Part shown: positions 1 through 11,958 of the stretch, piece after piece | Layout: the number at the start of each line of letters is the position of its first letter | Numbering within the stretch: position 1 is the stretch's first letter | Assembly: GCA_013115145.1 (NCBI GenBank) | Contig: JAAPAO010000027.1 | Span: 60,240-124,239, forward strand | Length of the DNA stretch: 64,000 nucleotides | Direction: 5' to 3' | Source of the DNA: Perkinsus chesapeaki ATCC PRA-425 | Lineage: Eukaryota > Protista > Perkinsozoa | The notes under the pieces: generated by a model | Told to the model about the DNA's origin: nothing | Databases searched by the model: none | What the model saw: only the letters and a program-made list of their open reading frames with translations | Made by a program: the position numbers and the translations under genes

Positions 1-1579
1 GCCCTTACCTTTCAAATCCCTTTCCGCCTTGCCCTTCTCTTCCTCCACCTCAGCCAGCTTCACTTTTAATTCTGCCAACTCAGCAAGCGTCGCCTCGACA
101 TTGCGCGGAGGCGGCTCGAAGAGCTTCTTGCCGATGTTAGATCCGCCACTGAGAGATTGGAACGGCGATAGCACGTGAATTGCTTACTGCGGGCCTTACT
201 CGGGTGTCGCTAGATCCGAACATGGATCAATTTCATCCAGCAAGTCGTCGGCACGTGCGCCTGAAGGACAGCTAGTCGGAACAGTGCAATCCATATATTT
301 TTGGCTACCTGCCGAAATCTCGCTTTCGAAGTCACCGAGTTGATCAACTTTTTCCGGACTTCTGAAAACCTTCCTGTCCGTTCGACCTTCCTTTTCCACC
401 CTCACTTTTCCACAATAACATCGTCTGGAATTCTTCCAACAGCTTCAACGACACGGTCTTCTGGCAGTTCAATTTCGGCTACTATTCGGGACGGCGACTC
501 ATCTGCAACGGCGTACAAATCATCACGAACAAGCCTGCTACTTGTAGTGCTATAATTGATGGAAACCTTCGGTTTGCCTTTTACCGGCTCGGGACTGACT
601 TGAGCTGAGGATCTCTGGTCCGTATTCGAGAAGAGCCACGACTGTGAAACTCTAGCGGCCTGAGACCGGGTATCGAGTACTTGGAACTCCTCGGACATTC
701 CAACGAGTGCTGCATAAGCACGTCATCCAGACGCCATGATCGACGATTTGCACGACCTCTCTTCCTTGTAATAGAGAAATTGATATACAAGCACACTTTC
801 AATCGTGCAGATTGCAAACGGCCTCATACAGACTGGCCAAACAATTGTCCAGCGCCGGTCTGAGTGAGTTATCGATCGAATTGTTCAGAGATTAAAGCTC
901 ATGCGGAGGTAAATCATCGCATACCTCAATAAAGGGCTGCGAGTTTCTGATCCCACGATACGAAATTCATTATTAAATTCGATCGATAACGCATCTAGAT
1001 CGACGCTGGACAATTTCTGACCAGTCTGTGTGGTAAATAATACCACACCCGACAGCCGACAAACAATGCTCAATAAAAACCTACCAATTCCTCACGAGAG
1101 CTTTTCCCGTTCTTGTATTGCTCAACCGCCTGCTGGTAATACTGATCGTACCTATGTCGAAAATGAGCCGGATATCTCCACAGCTGATGCCACGCACGGA
1201 TGATCCCAAACACTTTCCTTTGTCTTAGTATTGTGAAAGAACACATCACCACTCGCTGTCTGGCACTGTACCCAAGGCTGCGGTATCGGCGTCCTCAGCG
1301 CCTAAGATGCCATCCATTGAAGACCACCACCAGCCGGCTTCTACCTGCTTGGCGATCCAGAACAGGTCGCGATCCTTCACCTTGTCCAATCCAAGCCAGA
1401 GAGCGTAGTCCTCGATCTCCTGCTCCGTTGGCTCCTCAGGTATCTGAGTTATTCCAGCATCAAGGTTCGGCGAAGCGTCCCTAACGGATGCTCACCTGCT
1501 GAGTTTTCCCCGACGACAGTCCAACGATTTTTCCAAGAACCGTAGCTTGAGCTTTCGCGGTTGCGGCTGTGGCTGCCAT
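1..1579 (-). CDS. CEP164-like WW-domain coiled-coil protein, multi-exon, 3' end beyond the window
   Basis: Spliced minus-strand exons give MAATAATAKAQ..., EEPTEQEIEDYALWLGLDKVKDRDLFWIAKQ, PIPQPWVQCQTASGDVFFHNTKTKESVWDHP and YDQYYQQAVEQYK. This matches the N-terminal module plus WW domain of CEP164-type proteins. A coiled-coil exon (ATLAELAELKVKLAEVEEEKGKAERDLK) lies at 10-170. Confidence 0.7.
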
Positions 1580-1928
1580 TTCCAATTAAAATCTCACCGT
1601 GCCAATTGCTCACTTTGCGGAATGGTATGCAGAAAGCAATGCCATGATTCTCTATCAGAACATCACATAACAACAGCAGCTTTATCAACCAACATGTGAA
1701 TCAAGTGAATAGCACGAGATAGATATATAAAGAGAACTGCTACAAAAACAGCCCCATGAGCTGATTAAAATTTTAAAGCAGCTTTTTTGTTGCATAGGGA
1801 AGAAGAATCTACCGAAGTCCCTCTGGTCATGCCTCGGGGGGCACCGCTTTGATGCATAATAGTGCAAAATTCGCTTCCTGACGTTCAAGGAGCCTACGTA
1901 CGTTTCACCGCCAGTGACATGAGCTCCA

Positions 1929-3083
1929 CTACATCTGGACAATATCAATCCAACCACCAGAAAGGTTAAAGAACGACTCATGTGCAGCAAAGAAGGGATA
2001 ACCAAGAACCAGGACATCCGACTCTTTGCCGTCACGCAGATGAAGTATACATCCGTCCTCATCGCACAAAGAAGTGTAATGCTCGGGCTTGATGATGACG
2101 CTAAGGAGCCCATGATCGCTATTTCCAAGCCTGTATTTCAGTGATGGGAGACAATCAATAGCATCTTCACGGATCAGCCAGTGATCTATCTCCGAGTCCC
2201 GCCAGATACTTCGCGTTGCAGAACGGCGCCTAACATTATTATTACTCTTCTTCATGTAGCAATCGTTGGTCTCCTCTATAATGACAGCCAGATCAGATGA
2301 TGGTATTTGAATGCAGTCATCCCCGGTATCGAATAGGGCTACAGGCTTTGACGAGGAGGCAGCAGATCTGATGCGACCAACCGTGAGGATACCGCCTTCC
2401 GGCTTGACAATCGTGACGCGAACAAGATCGACTAGAAACTGTCTCAGCTCCCCGTCTCTAGGAGGGACGAAGCGAGCGCGGTTCACCCTCCCAGATCTCG
2501 AACTACCAGCATCGGATGTACCGAGAACCAGCGTACCGCAAAAACCGTGACCATGAGCAGGCAGAATCGAGAAGGCGAGATCGTCAACAATATGAGCGTC
2601 CTCAAGCTGTTGTAGGAGCGATAAGGGTACCGTGGGCCTCGGAAATGAGAGACCTAGCAAACCGTCTGGGTGGCTGTCTGGAAGGACAGAGTCGTACCCG
2701 ATTACCAAACCAAAAGTGAATGAAGGGAGTGTGACGTTGCCGATACCGAGCGTGTCTTCGTGAGCTACTACGGTAACATTCTCTCTGCCATGAGCGAAGA
2801 AGATTTTCCAGCGATGTCTCTTGTAGACATCATCACAAAGGCGTGGATCAGGACAGAAATAGCACCCACTAGGAAGCTGATCGCACGCGCCTGGGCCATA
2901 CTTTTTCTCATACCAGTCACCGTAGACGGCAAAGGTTTCAGGCAAAGCGGAGTCAACGTTGAGGAGAAGAGACTGACCGCCTAGAGAGAGCGGTACAAGA
3001 CCGTCATCATGAAGAGGTAGTGTAATTTCACAAGGGACTCCCAACACCATCACCGACAATGTAAGGAAGGAAAGCAGCATCAT
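1929..3083 (-). CDS. Pepsin-family (A1) aspartyl protease-like protein with signal peptide, intronless
   Basis: 384-aa ORF with a hydrophobic N-terminus and the motifs LNVDSA (site 1), DGLLGLSF, FSI, LVLG, LFDTG (site 2) and VLGYPFF. Confidence 0.85.
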   Translation of the reverse strand: MMLLSFLTLSVMVLGVPCEITLPLHDDGLVPLSLGGQSLLLNVDSALPETFAVYGDWYEKKYGPGACDQLPSGCYFCPDPRLCDDVYKRHRWKIFFAHGRENVTVVAHEDTLGIGNVTLPSFTFGLVIGYDSVLPDSHPDGLLGLSFPRPTVPLSLLQQLEDAHIVDDLAFSILPAHGHGFCGTLVLGTSDAGSSRSGRVNRARFVPPRDGELRQFLVDLVRVTIVKPEGGILTVGRIRSAASSSKPVALFDTGDDCIQIPSSDLAVIIEETNDCYMKKSNNNVRRRSATRSIWRDSEIDHWLIREDAIDCLPSLKYRLGNSDHGLLSVIIKPEHYTSLCDEDGCILHLRDGKESDVLVLGYPFFAAHESFFNLSGGWIDIVQM

Positions 3084-3489
3084 CTAAAGTATCTGAAACC
3101 GGCAAACCGCGCTGTCAAAAAAGCGCGCGGCCGTAGTTGGGGAGCGCGCACGCCCGAAATATTATCTTATCAACGCAACCTCAATCTCTCTACGGCAGAG
3201 GTAGAGACTTGAACGATGCCGGCTGACGGCTGACGAACTGGAGAGGGACGTGCTTATATATCAACTTGGATTAACCACGCTCATCTGGATCTCCGAAATC
3301 CTAAAATTGACAATGAATAGTCGACAAACGGAGAGCTCACTTGCTGATCTTGGCTGCTATGATTGAGCGTCCAGTAGGCAACGAGGCGATTGAAAATGTC
3401 TAGTGGGAGAGAGAGGGAGCAGAAACCCCACAGGTACCTGAGAATGGCCTAAGCCTAATATACGGAAGAAAGGTAGCTCACCAGTATTT

Positions 3490-6400
3490 ACAACGTGAAT
3501 CAGCGAATCTTCTTCGAACGTGCGCAGGCTTCGTCAGGACCTGAAATCTTAGATGGTCCGGCAGCTAAGGCACGAACGCACCTCAGCTGTTGTCAAATTG
3601 AGTAGCATGAAGCACGTTTGTCGGAGGAAGAGAGACACGACGAACCCTGCCCACAGGAAATTGGCCGCAGCGAAGAGAACCTACAGAAGTCTCCCGGGTG
3701 AGCGTGGACGCATCTGGAATGTTTTAGAAGGAATGCTCAATCCCGTCAAGGCTATCAGCATTACAATAGACAAACAATCAATATGATATGACCGACATGA
3801 GGATAATAATTAAATATAGCAGCCTAAAAATACAAATCCCGAGAGCGCCAGATGCGAACAATCGCTTTGGCAGGTAGCGCGTGCTCTATAGAGCGCAGAA
3901 AAGCTAAGTACGTGGCACGTAATAATAGTGTAGTTGGGGAACAATCTGTTACCAACAGCTACCAGTACTCACCACCAGAATTGTTAAAGCATCAACCTCT
4001 AGCTCAGGAGGGAAACCCTCTCGGAATGTGACCGTGGAGATGAACCGGAATACGAGATAGTAGGAGATAGCAAGGCCTGCGACCAGAACCTGAACCAATC
4101 ATCAGACAACGCACGTGGAGCTCTCCGCGGGAGCTCCAGCTATGAAACGAAGGCGTTACGTCGAAGGGCATATACTCTACCCCTTTTCTCGATCAAATAT
4201 AAACCTTCATCAAAACTGTCTAAATATGAGTCCTAATCTGGCAATAACTAATTTCAAATGTTCTGCCAAAGGCACGCAGTTTCAACTGCTGATTCCATTC
4301 ACACAATGTGAAACTGATAAGTTCTGCTCTCTCAGGTCTCTGACTGCGGAACGCGGTTGAGTCTCCTACGAGAAGGAAGAGATAAAAGCTCCGTTGGTTT
4401 CCAAGGCCAACACAGTTGTCGATCCACGGGCAATGGTGATCGAGACGATCAACGCATCTTCGGCACTCCTTACAGTGTCTAGAACGAAGTCGGTGAACTA
4501 CGCGACAAATAACGCAGACCTGACCAGCAGGGAGATCCGAATAATGACTCTTTCGGGTGTGATGCTTACCTGCTTGAACCTCCCCTCACAGAGTAACTTG
4601 TAGTACTCCGCCGGGACTCCTTCCCGACGAAGCTCCGAGAGCTTGCGCCTCAGACGTCGGCCGGGCGCATCGTTTGTCGTAGTTGAGTCTCTATCGTGGG
4701 AACCGTTAACGACCGAGCCTGCGGCGGCGATGGGAACACATACCGTAAGGATTCCCCATAACCATTAAAACCCCAATCGTACTCACTCGCTGATGAGGGA
4801 CGGGTACTTGTGAGCCACAGATGATCATACGTGTTCCTCTGTGAACGCTCCAGAGTCGCCTGAGTCACGGCAAGTCAACTAATTGTGATTCGCGCTTTCA
4901 ATGTGTGCGAGAAGAGTACGGTGTTTGGGCATCAAGATACGAGGATGAGAAAGGCAAATCAAAGTATATCATCGAGTGCGCGATGGTGACGTCTCTCCCA
5001 TTAAAATTAAATCGAACATGTCATACCCAGGCTTCACCGGCAGGCTGTCCTCGACCCGGTGCAACCAGGAGCACTTCATAGCTGGTTGTTGGCAGCATCT
5101 GTTCGACGATAGTGACAGTTCAATGCCCTCGAGATGTACGTACTTGCTGTGTTAGTTCAGTCTTCAATTCTTGGCAATCATCTAGCTGCGAGCCTAAAGG
5201 GTACTCGGCAAGCCAACCTGGCAAGTGAACGCCCTACAGCGTGCCTCGGGAAAGATGAAATACTAACCTGGATCACTGTAGCAAGTGACAGCCCATAAAA
5301 AGATGGTAAGTATAAGACACAGAGCCTGTAGGTGGAGCCAGAGTGAATCCCATAGATCTTCGTTGAGCCATGGCCACAGGAGGCACGAGAAGAAGGCGAA
5401 CTCTATAACGAACGCCGAGAGGAACCTGACCGATAGGGAGTTTGCAATTCACAACGTCTCGGTCATAGAGGCCTTGCATGTTCGCATATTGGTTATGTAG
5501 AAGATAGGGGCGGCCGAACAGGCTGTGGCAAACCCGCGTTTTCTGCGGGAAGGTGAAATGTATATCATGAATGACCGACCAGAGCCACCTGCATGCACAA
5601 GTGAATCCATCCGAAACCATTTCTCTTCGCCAAATGTAAGGGTGACTCTCCACTGCTGTTGGGCAAGTCAAGTAGAAGGACCGCGCCAACATCGATGAGA
5701 ATTTCGATAACCTGTATCAGAACGAAAGCCGGAGAGGAGCCACGCCCAGCCGGATGGTAGATAAAGCAAGTGACGGAACACACCATGTCTTGTCCCTGCA
5801 TGGCGGCCAAATGTAGGGGAGTCATTCCGTCGATGTCGCGTTCAGCTAGTAGAGCTCCACGAGATAGCAGCCATTGAACAGACTTGCGGTGCCCCTAACA
5901 AAAACGCAAATTGATAGTATGTGGGGCGGAGTTCAAATATACATGTATGTAGCAAGTCAGTGAATTGCTATACTTGACTTGAATTCAGTCGTATTCACAG
6001 AATACTATTCAGAATAGCAAACCTTGATAAATGTGTATTAAGGAGTAATGCTGGACTGATAGTATCCCTTAGCCGATTTACTACAAGGCATCTCTGATCG
6101 GTGAGGCGATAACTCAGTTACTAGCAGTTCCTATGTCACAAACCACGAGCGAAACACACGACGTGCACGACACAAAACAGTTAAAAAGAAAACATAGCGA
6201 AACACGCCGAACTCGACATAGTTAAAGGGAATACGTGCAAACCTTGTAAGCGGCCCAGTGCAAGGCAGTTCGGCCGAGGCTGTCCCTTTCATCAATGAAG
6301 AGTCCTCCAGTCAGCCAAAGCCATTCCATCATAGCCACGTTGTCGAACTGGGCGCATACTATGAGCAGGGTGAAGCCGTCCTGAGAGACCATTATAGTGG

Positions 6401-7000
6401 ACGCCAACCCACAACAGTCTCACCATGTCCCGCGTGTCGGTTAACAACTGCGGAGCGTCCGTTCCGGCCTCAGAGAGGGGCTTCACTGCTTCCACCAACA
6501 ATCTTACACCAACTGTGTTTGAGGCCTAATAGGAGTAATTGTCAATCACAAAACTCTGAGAGTGAGCAGCTACTTTTGCTGCCCATACAATTGGAGTTTC
6601 ACCACTAGCATTCGCCTGTTCCACTAGAGCCTGCGCCATCGGTGTGCTTAGCAGCTTCCTCGTTGTATCGTGGTCTTTGTGCCTGATGGGAGTTAGCCGC
6701 CTGACGATGCATTGTAACACTGCACCAGAGCGCCCAATGAAGAATGGTATTGCCATCAGCGTCTCTCTGGAAGGGGTCTGGCAACTGTAGATTTGCCTAC
6801 AAAATAGTTATATCATTGATAGACGCGGTCCACACCTTAGTCATCTCAATACCCCTTGAGTCATCTCCAAGGCTCCGGGTAGGTTCAAGCAATCGCGTCG
6901 CCGTCAGCATCAATGTTGGCTGGATCAATGTAGGTCTCGTGGGCGAGACCCGCCCAGGTTCATCACTGCAAACTCAACCCTATTTCGTGCTATTGAAACG
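3490..7000 (-). CDS. Ankyrin-repeat DHHC palmitoyltransferase (Akr1/ZDHHC17-like), multi-exon; termini approximate
   Basis: Ankyrin exons: [49 protein letters not shown]. Exon at about 4385-4520 reads [45 protein letters not shown] later TM exon ends in NLTTAE. Confidence 0.85.
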
Positions 7001-7759
7001 GGAGCACAAGCTTGATGACTCTGGAGTGCTGAGAGTTGGATTCTTCCCTGTACTAATATCTCCTCATCAGTGTTTCATCGCATCATCGTGAGCGACTCCG
7101 GCCCCCTAGCCCCTGTAGGTGCCAACGTCAAGAGGGCAATCGTCATTAAAACCCATCCGAAGAAAGCGATATAGTAGTCGGTGAACCAGGTACTAAGTAC
7201 AAGAAGTTGGATAACTAGCCTGAGCTAGCCTAGAGGGTTCCACACCTGCCACCTCAGGTGTACAGGTCACCTGCCACAGGTGACCTGCGACCAGAGGTCA
7301 CCAGAGTTCTAGGCCATGAATGCACACATCCTGATAAGCTGCATCGTGGCAGTGGGCCATTCAGCAATCTATCTATCGGGGAGGACCGCTCGCATGTCGA
7401 TGCAATGCAGCCCTTCCTTTTCATCTCATTAAGAGGGGGTTAACGAATAACTCCGACGTCGGCAATAAGAAAGGCGAAGTAGTTTGTTAACTTCTCTGTA
7501 CGATGAATTGATTAGAGCTCGTTATGAAACTAACCAAGCACGGAACGTCACCTTCATGAGGGTATCTCAGTATATTGTCTGAAGAGGAGCAAGAGCTCAC
7601 CAGTGTCAACAGTGTGAAACTGTACGCGGGTGTACCACCACTAGAGCCAACTGCACCCACAGTATCTCAGTGCGCGTATACATATTGACTCCCCACTGTA
7701 AACTCAATGCGTCCTCGTCCTATTGATGATGTTAACACCGGCTAACGCATGAGCAGAAG

Positions 7760-9231
7760 CTACAGTCCACGAAGGGTCAATCCTTTCGTTTGACGTCTAG
7801 ACAAGAAGCTCTGTATTTTAATTGCAGCCTTCTCGTGCTCGACCGTGTATGTACGTTGCAAAGGAGCTGTCGTTCGTGGTGGCTGCGGAGGGAGTGTCTT
7901 GGCTTTGTGTTCTCTATGTCTGCGAGCGTCTCCCCGCTCCTTTATACTGGCCTTGCTTCTAGCCATCTCTCTTCTCTGTATGGTGCCATACGCTCGCTTT
8001 TGAGTGGACTTGAGCAATTCGATAACGAGGTCTGCTGTAGACATCCTTAGAGATCTATACTGTTTCTGAATGAGTGCTGCCGCTGCCTGCACTGCTGGAC
8101 TATTCTCCCATTCACGACGTGCCTGGGCGAAAGCCCGGTATCGTCTTTGTATGATAATGGAGGCATCATTCCGCCTCTTTTGCTCTCGCCTGGCGCGTGC
8201 AAGCGTCCGATATGCCCGCTGCACCGTTATGGCGCTGGTCTGAAGCTGGCACTCTCGGTCGGCGACATTCTGAAAAAGGACATACTCTGGCTAATTAGGC
8301 TGACTAGAATTCAGTGAAAACGGAGACAACCAATTCAAAAGGTAAAATCCTTGAAAGGCCTACCCTCAACGATCGGCAATAGACTCGTCGAAGCAATGCC
8401 TTCCGGACCATGCACACATCTGTCTCCTCCTCCTCCTCGTTGACCGCCTCTGTCTGGACGGATACGCTTCTCTTAGCCCGCTGCCTGCGCGGTGAGACCT
8501 TCTTCGGGCGAGGTTTTGGAGGAAGCCGAACCGGCGGGGCTTCTATCAGAATCGATGATGTGGTCCAGCCCTCGCTCATCGTGCTAGCATATGCTACCAG
8601 GGAAGACTCAGTTCCCATAGAGGTGGTAATATCTCCCGACTGGAGCACCAACGTGGTGCTCCCCACAGCCGTGCTGGGCTTCCGGAACCGGTTGCGCCGT
8701 GGTGTACACTTTACAAGCCGAGGAGTTGGATCAAGCTCCTCGTAGCAAGACATTTGGGTCGGCACCAAACTTTCTAGCTTCAGCTCAGAGCAGGCGCTGA
8801 TCTCCGCGTCTCGAATAGGGGTCGTCTCTCGTATGGGTGGTAACGTCACCGGTGCACGCGGCTCGATCGACAAATGCCTGAGGGAGACATGGAATCCACT
8901 GATCAAACTCAGCAGCTTACTCTCTCAGCTTATCACTTGCCTTTCGCGCTTTCTCACTAGCAACCAAATCGGGTAGTTGAGCCTCGCTTATGAGACCGAC
9001 ACTAGCAAAGGGATCGTATCGCATCGTCCCACGGGTGACTTGTCGTAGTAGCCGCAACTCCCTTGATAGATATGATTCAACAACCGAAAGATACGCCCGA
9101 TGACGTCGCATTCTGTTCTTCCACTCCTTGTAGCCTTGTCGTTTCCGGACGTTCGTACCCGTACTAAGCGCCAGGGCCCGTTGAAGCTCGAACCCCCCAG
9201 CAATAACGGCAGAGGAGTGTGCCATAGGCAT
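7760..9231 (-). CDS. IQ calmodulin-binding motif protein, about 3 exons
   Basis: Repeated IQ motifs in the last exon (AITVQRAYR, IIIQRRYR, ALIQKQYR, IKIQSFLS). ORFs 8917-9231 and 8304-8906 can be joined through GT-AG introns. Confidence 0.65.
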
Positions 9232-9431
9232 CTTCTGGCCACTGGCAAATAACTACAACCGTTTCATCTGTTCTTCTCTGCGGCACTATGGCTTATTTCT
9301 CGATGCGAATCTTTTGTAACAACACAAGTTGGAAGCATCATGTAAAAAGTGGGTGTATGTCATATCAACTAACAGCTTCTAACAGGCGTCTGATCCTGAC
9401 CAGACATGGATTGACAATACTAATAAAAAAC

Positions 9432-11396
9432 CTAGAGCTCATCAGGAGCCTCATCATCGTCATCCTCCTCCATGTCTGCGCCGCCACCGCCAGCTTGGTA
9501 GTATTTGCTGATGATAGGACCACACACGCCTTCAGTCTCCTTCTGCTGGGCCTTGATCTCTTCAGCATCGGCGGTCTCGCCGTTGGTCGAGATCCAGTCC
9601 TCTCCGTCCTTGACAGCCTCAAGTACTTGCTCCTTCTCCTCCTCATCCATCTTATCACCAAGGCCAGGCTGGCCGCCAGTACCCTCGATGGCACTGCGCA
9701 TCGAGTGGAGGTAGTTGTCGTAGGCGTTCTTAGCGTCAAGCCTCTCTTTTGTCTTCTTATCCTCATCAGCAAACTTCTCAGCATCGCGGATCATCTGCTC
9801 AATCTGGTCCTCGGAAAGACGACCCTTATCGTTAGTGATGGTAACGTGCTCCTTCTTGCCGGTTCCCTTGTCGACGGCCTGCACGTTCATGATACCATTG
9901 GCATCGATCTCGAAGGTAACCTCAATCTGAGGCTGACCTCTGGGGGCTGGAGGAATGCCAGAAAGCTCAAACTGGCCGAGCTCGTGGTTATCCTTAGTCA
10001 TCGGACGCTCACCCTCGTACACGCGGATGTTGACGGCGGGCTGGTTGTCCTGGTAGGTCGAGAAGACCTGCGATTTCTTGGTGGGGATAACAGTGTTACG
10101 GTTGATGATCTTGGTCATAACACCTCCGACAGTCTCGATACCGAGAGAAAGAGGAGTGACGTCCAAAAGAAGGAGATCTTGGCCGCCCTCGCCCTTCAAG
10201 ATACCACCCTGTACGGCGGCACCATACGCAACGGCCTCATCGGGGTTGATACCGCGGTTAGGCTCCTTGCCACCGAAGAAGTCCTTGATGAGGGACTGGA
10301 TCTTGGGGATACGAGTGGAACCACCGACCAAGACGACCTCATCAATCTGGCTCTTGCTCAGACCAGAGTCGTCCAAGACGGTCTTGACGGGAGTCAAGGT
10401 GTTCTTGAACAAGTCGGCGTTAAGCTCCTCAAAGCGGGCTCTGGAGAGGGTCTCCGAGAAGTCGATACCGTCCATGATACCCTCAATCTCAACAACTGCC
10501 TGATGAGTGGAGGAGAGGGCTCTCTTTGCCTTCTCGACTTCTCTGCGCAACTTAGCCAATGCACGCTTGTCAGATCGGAGGTCCTTCTTGTGCTTCTTCT
10601 GGAAAATCTTGATGAAATGGTCCATCACACGCTGATCGAAATCTTCACCACCCAAGTGAGTATCACCAGAGGTAGCAACGACTTCGAAGACACCGTTGTC
10701 GATGGTGAGCAGTGACACATCGAAGGTACCACCGCCCAAATCATACACAAGAATATTCTTCTCGGACTTCTTGTCGAGACCGTAAGCGATAGCGGCAGCG
10801 GTGGGCTCGTTGATGATTCTCATAACGTTGAGACCAGCAATGGTGCCGGCGTCCTTGGTTGCTTGACGCTGACCGTCGTTGAAGTAGGCAGGGACGGTGA
10901 TGACAGCGTTCTTGACTTCGGTACCAAGATAGTTCTCGGCAGTCTCCTTCATCTTAGTGAGGACCATAGCTGAGATCTCCTCGGGGGTCAAGGTCTTCTC
11001 CTGTCCCTTGATGGTAACTCTGATCATTGGCTTGCCACCCTTATCGACGATGCCGAACGGCAAGAGCTTCTTATCGCGCTGAATGGTCTTATCAGCATAG
11101 CGACGGCCGATCAGCCTCTTAACGTCGAAGACGGTGTTCTGGGGGTCAACGGCGACGTAGTTCTTAGCGGCCTCACCCACAAGCCTCTCATCATCGGTAA
11201 AGGCAACGTAAGATGGAGTAATACGGTTACCCTGGTCGTTGGGGATGATCTCAACACGACCATTCTTGTAGATGCCGACGCACGAGTAGGTGGTACCGAG
11301 ATCTATGCCGATCACGGGGCCCTCGACCTTGTTCTCCTCCTTGGCACCGTACACCAGTGCACTGAGCGAGGCGAGAACTGCGATGAATATTTTCAT
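9432..11396 (-). CDS. BiP: ER-luminal Hsp70 (BiP/GRP78), intronless
   Basis: 654 aa with a signal peptide, [19 protein letters not shown] and [13 protein letters not shown]; the C-terminus ends in -PDEL. Confidence 0.98.
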   Translation of the reverse strand: MKIFIAVLASLSALVYGAKEENKVEGPVIGIDLGTTYSCVGIYKNGRVEIIPNDQGNRITPSYVAFTDDERLVGEAAKNYVAVDPQNTVFDVKRLIGRRYADKTIQRDKKLLPFGIVDKGGKPMIRVTIKGQEKTLTPEEISAMVLTKMKETAENYLGTEVKNAVITVPAYFNDGQRQATKDAGTIAGLNVMRIINEPTAAAIAYGLDKKSEKNILVYDLGGGTFDVSLLTIDNGVFEVVATSGDTHLGGEDFDQRVMDHFIKIFQKKHKKDLRSDKRALAKLRREVEKAKRALSSTHQAVVEIEGIMDGIDFSETLSRARFEELNADLFKNTLTPVKTVLDDSGLSKSQIDEVVLVGGSTRIPKIQSLIKDFFGGKEPNRGINPDEAVAYGAAVQGGILKGEGGQDLLLLDVTPLSLGIETVGGVMTKIINRNTVIPTKKSQVFSTYQDNQPAVNIRVYEGERPMTKDNHELGQFELSGIPPAPRGQPQIEVTFEIDANGIMNVQAVDKGTGKKEHVTITNDKGRLSEDQIEQMIRDAEKFADEDKKTKERLDAKNAYDNYLHSMRSAIEGTGGQPGLGDKMDEEEKEQVLEAVKDGEDWISTNGETADAEEIKAQQKETEGVCGPIISKYYQAGGGGADMEEDDDDEAPDEL

Positions 11397-11958
11397 AGGG
11401 AAACGAATAAAACTGAATCCTAAAAGATATCAGGATCACTATCGCAATTCACTCTCCTTCGAAGATACAAGGAAGGGCAATGATCAACCGCACGCGTGCG
11501 AATCCGGAGGCGTCTCAAGGCGAGCGAGATTTGAGCTGCGCGGAGCGAAGCGATGTATGAGTGCGCAATTTGTCACTCCAACCTTTTGTGGAGGCTTCAC
11601 TTGATCTGGACTCCAGGGACAGCCTCTGCATCGTATCTCGAGGGTTAGATAGGGAAAGCTTGCTTGTGATGGCCATCGAGATCCATTAGGCTGTCTCATT
11701 GCCTATTGGTGTGTGGTTCCCACTTGGTGTGCATCGTCTGCCCGGTTGCGGGGATGATACATGGCGGCTGCCCTTGGTGGGATTTCACTCGTTGATTTGT
11801 GACTTAACTACCATCAGTCTTATACTGGGGCCTGGAGAGCGTTTATTGTCCTGCACGCATGCACACGTTTCCTGCGCCTTTTCCTATCAGATCACAGTCC
11901 CGCTCTAGCACACAATAAAAGGAGACAGCCTTACTAACCTCAGTTTTGGTTTTTGAGG

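Noticed and set aside
9288-10715. 475-aa plus-strand ORF
   Set aside because: Antisense shadow of BiP; long antisense ORFs are a known by-product of Hsp70 codon usage.
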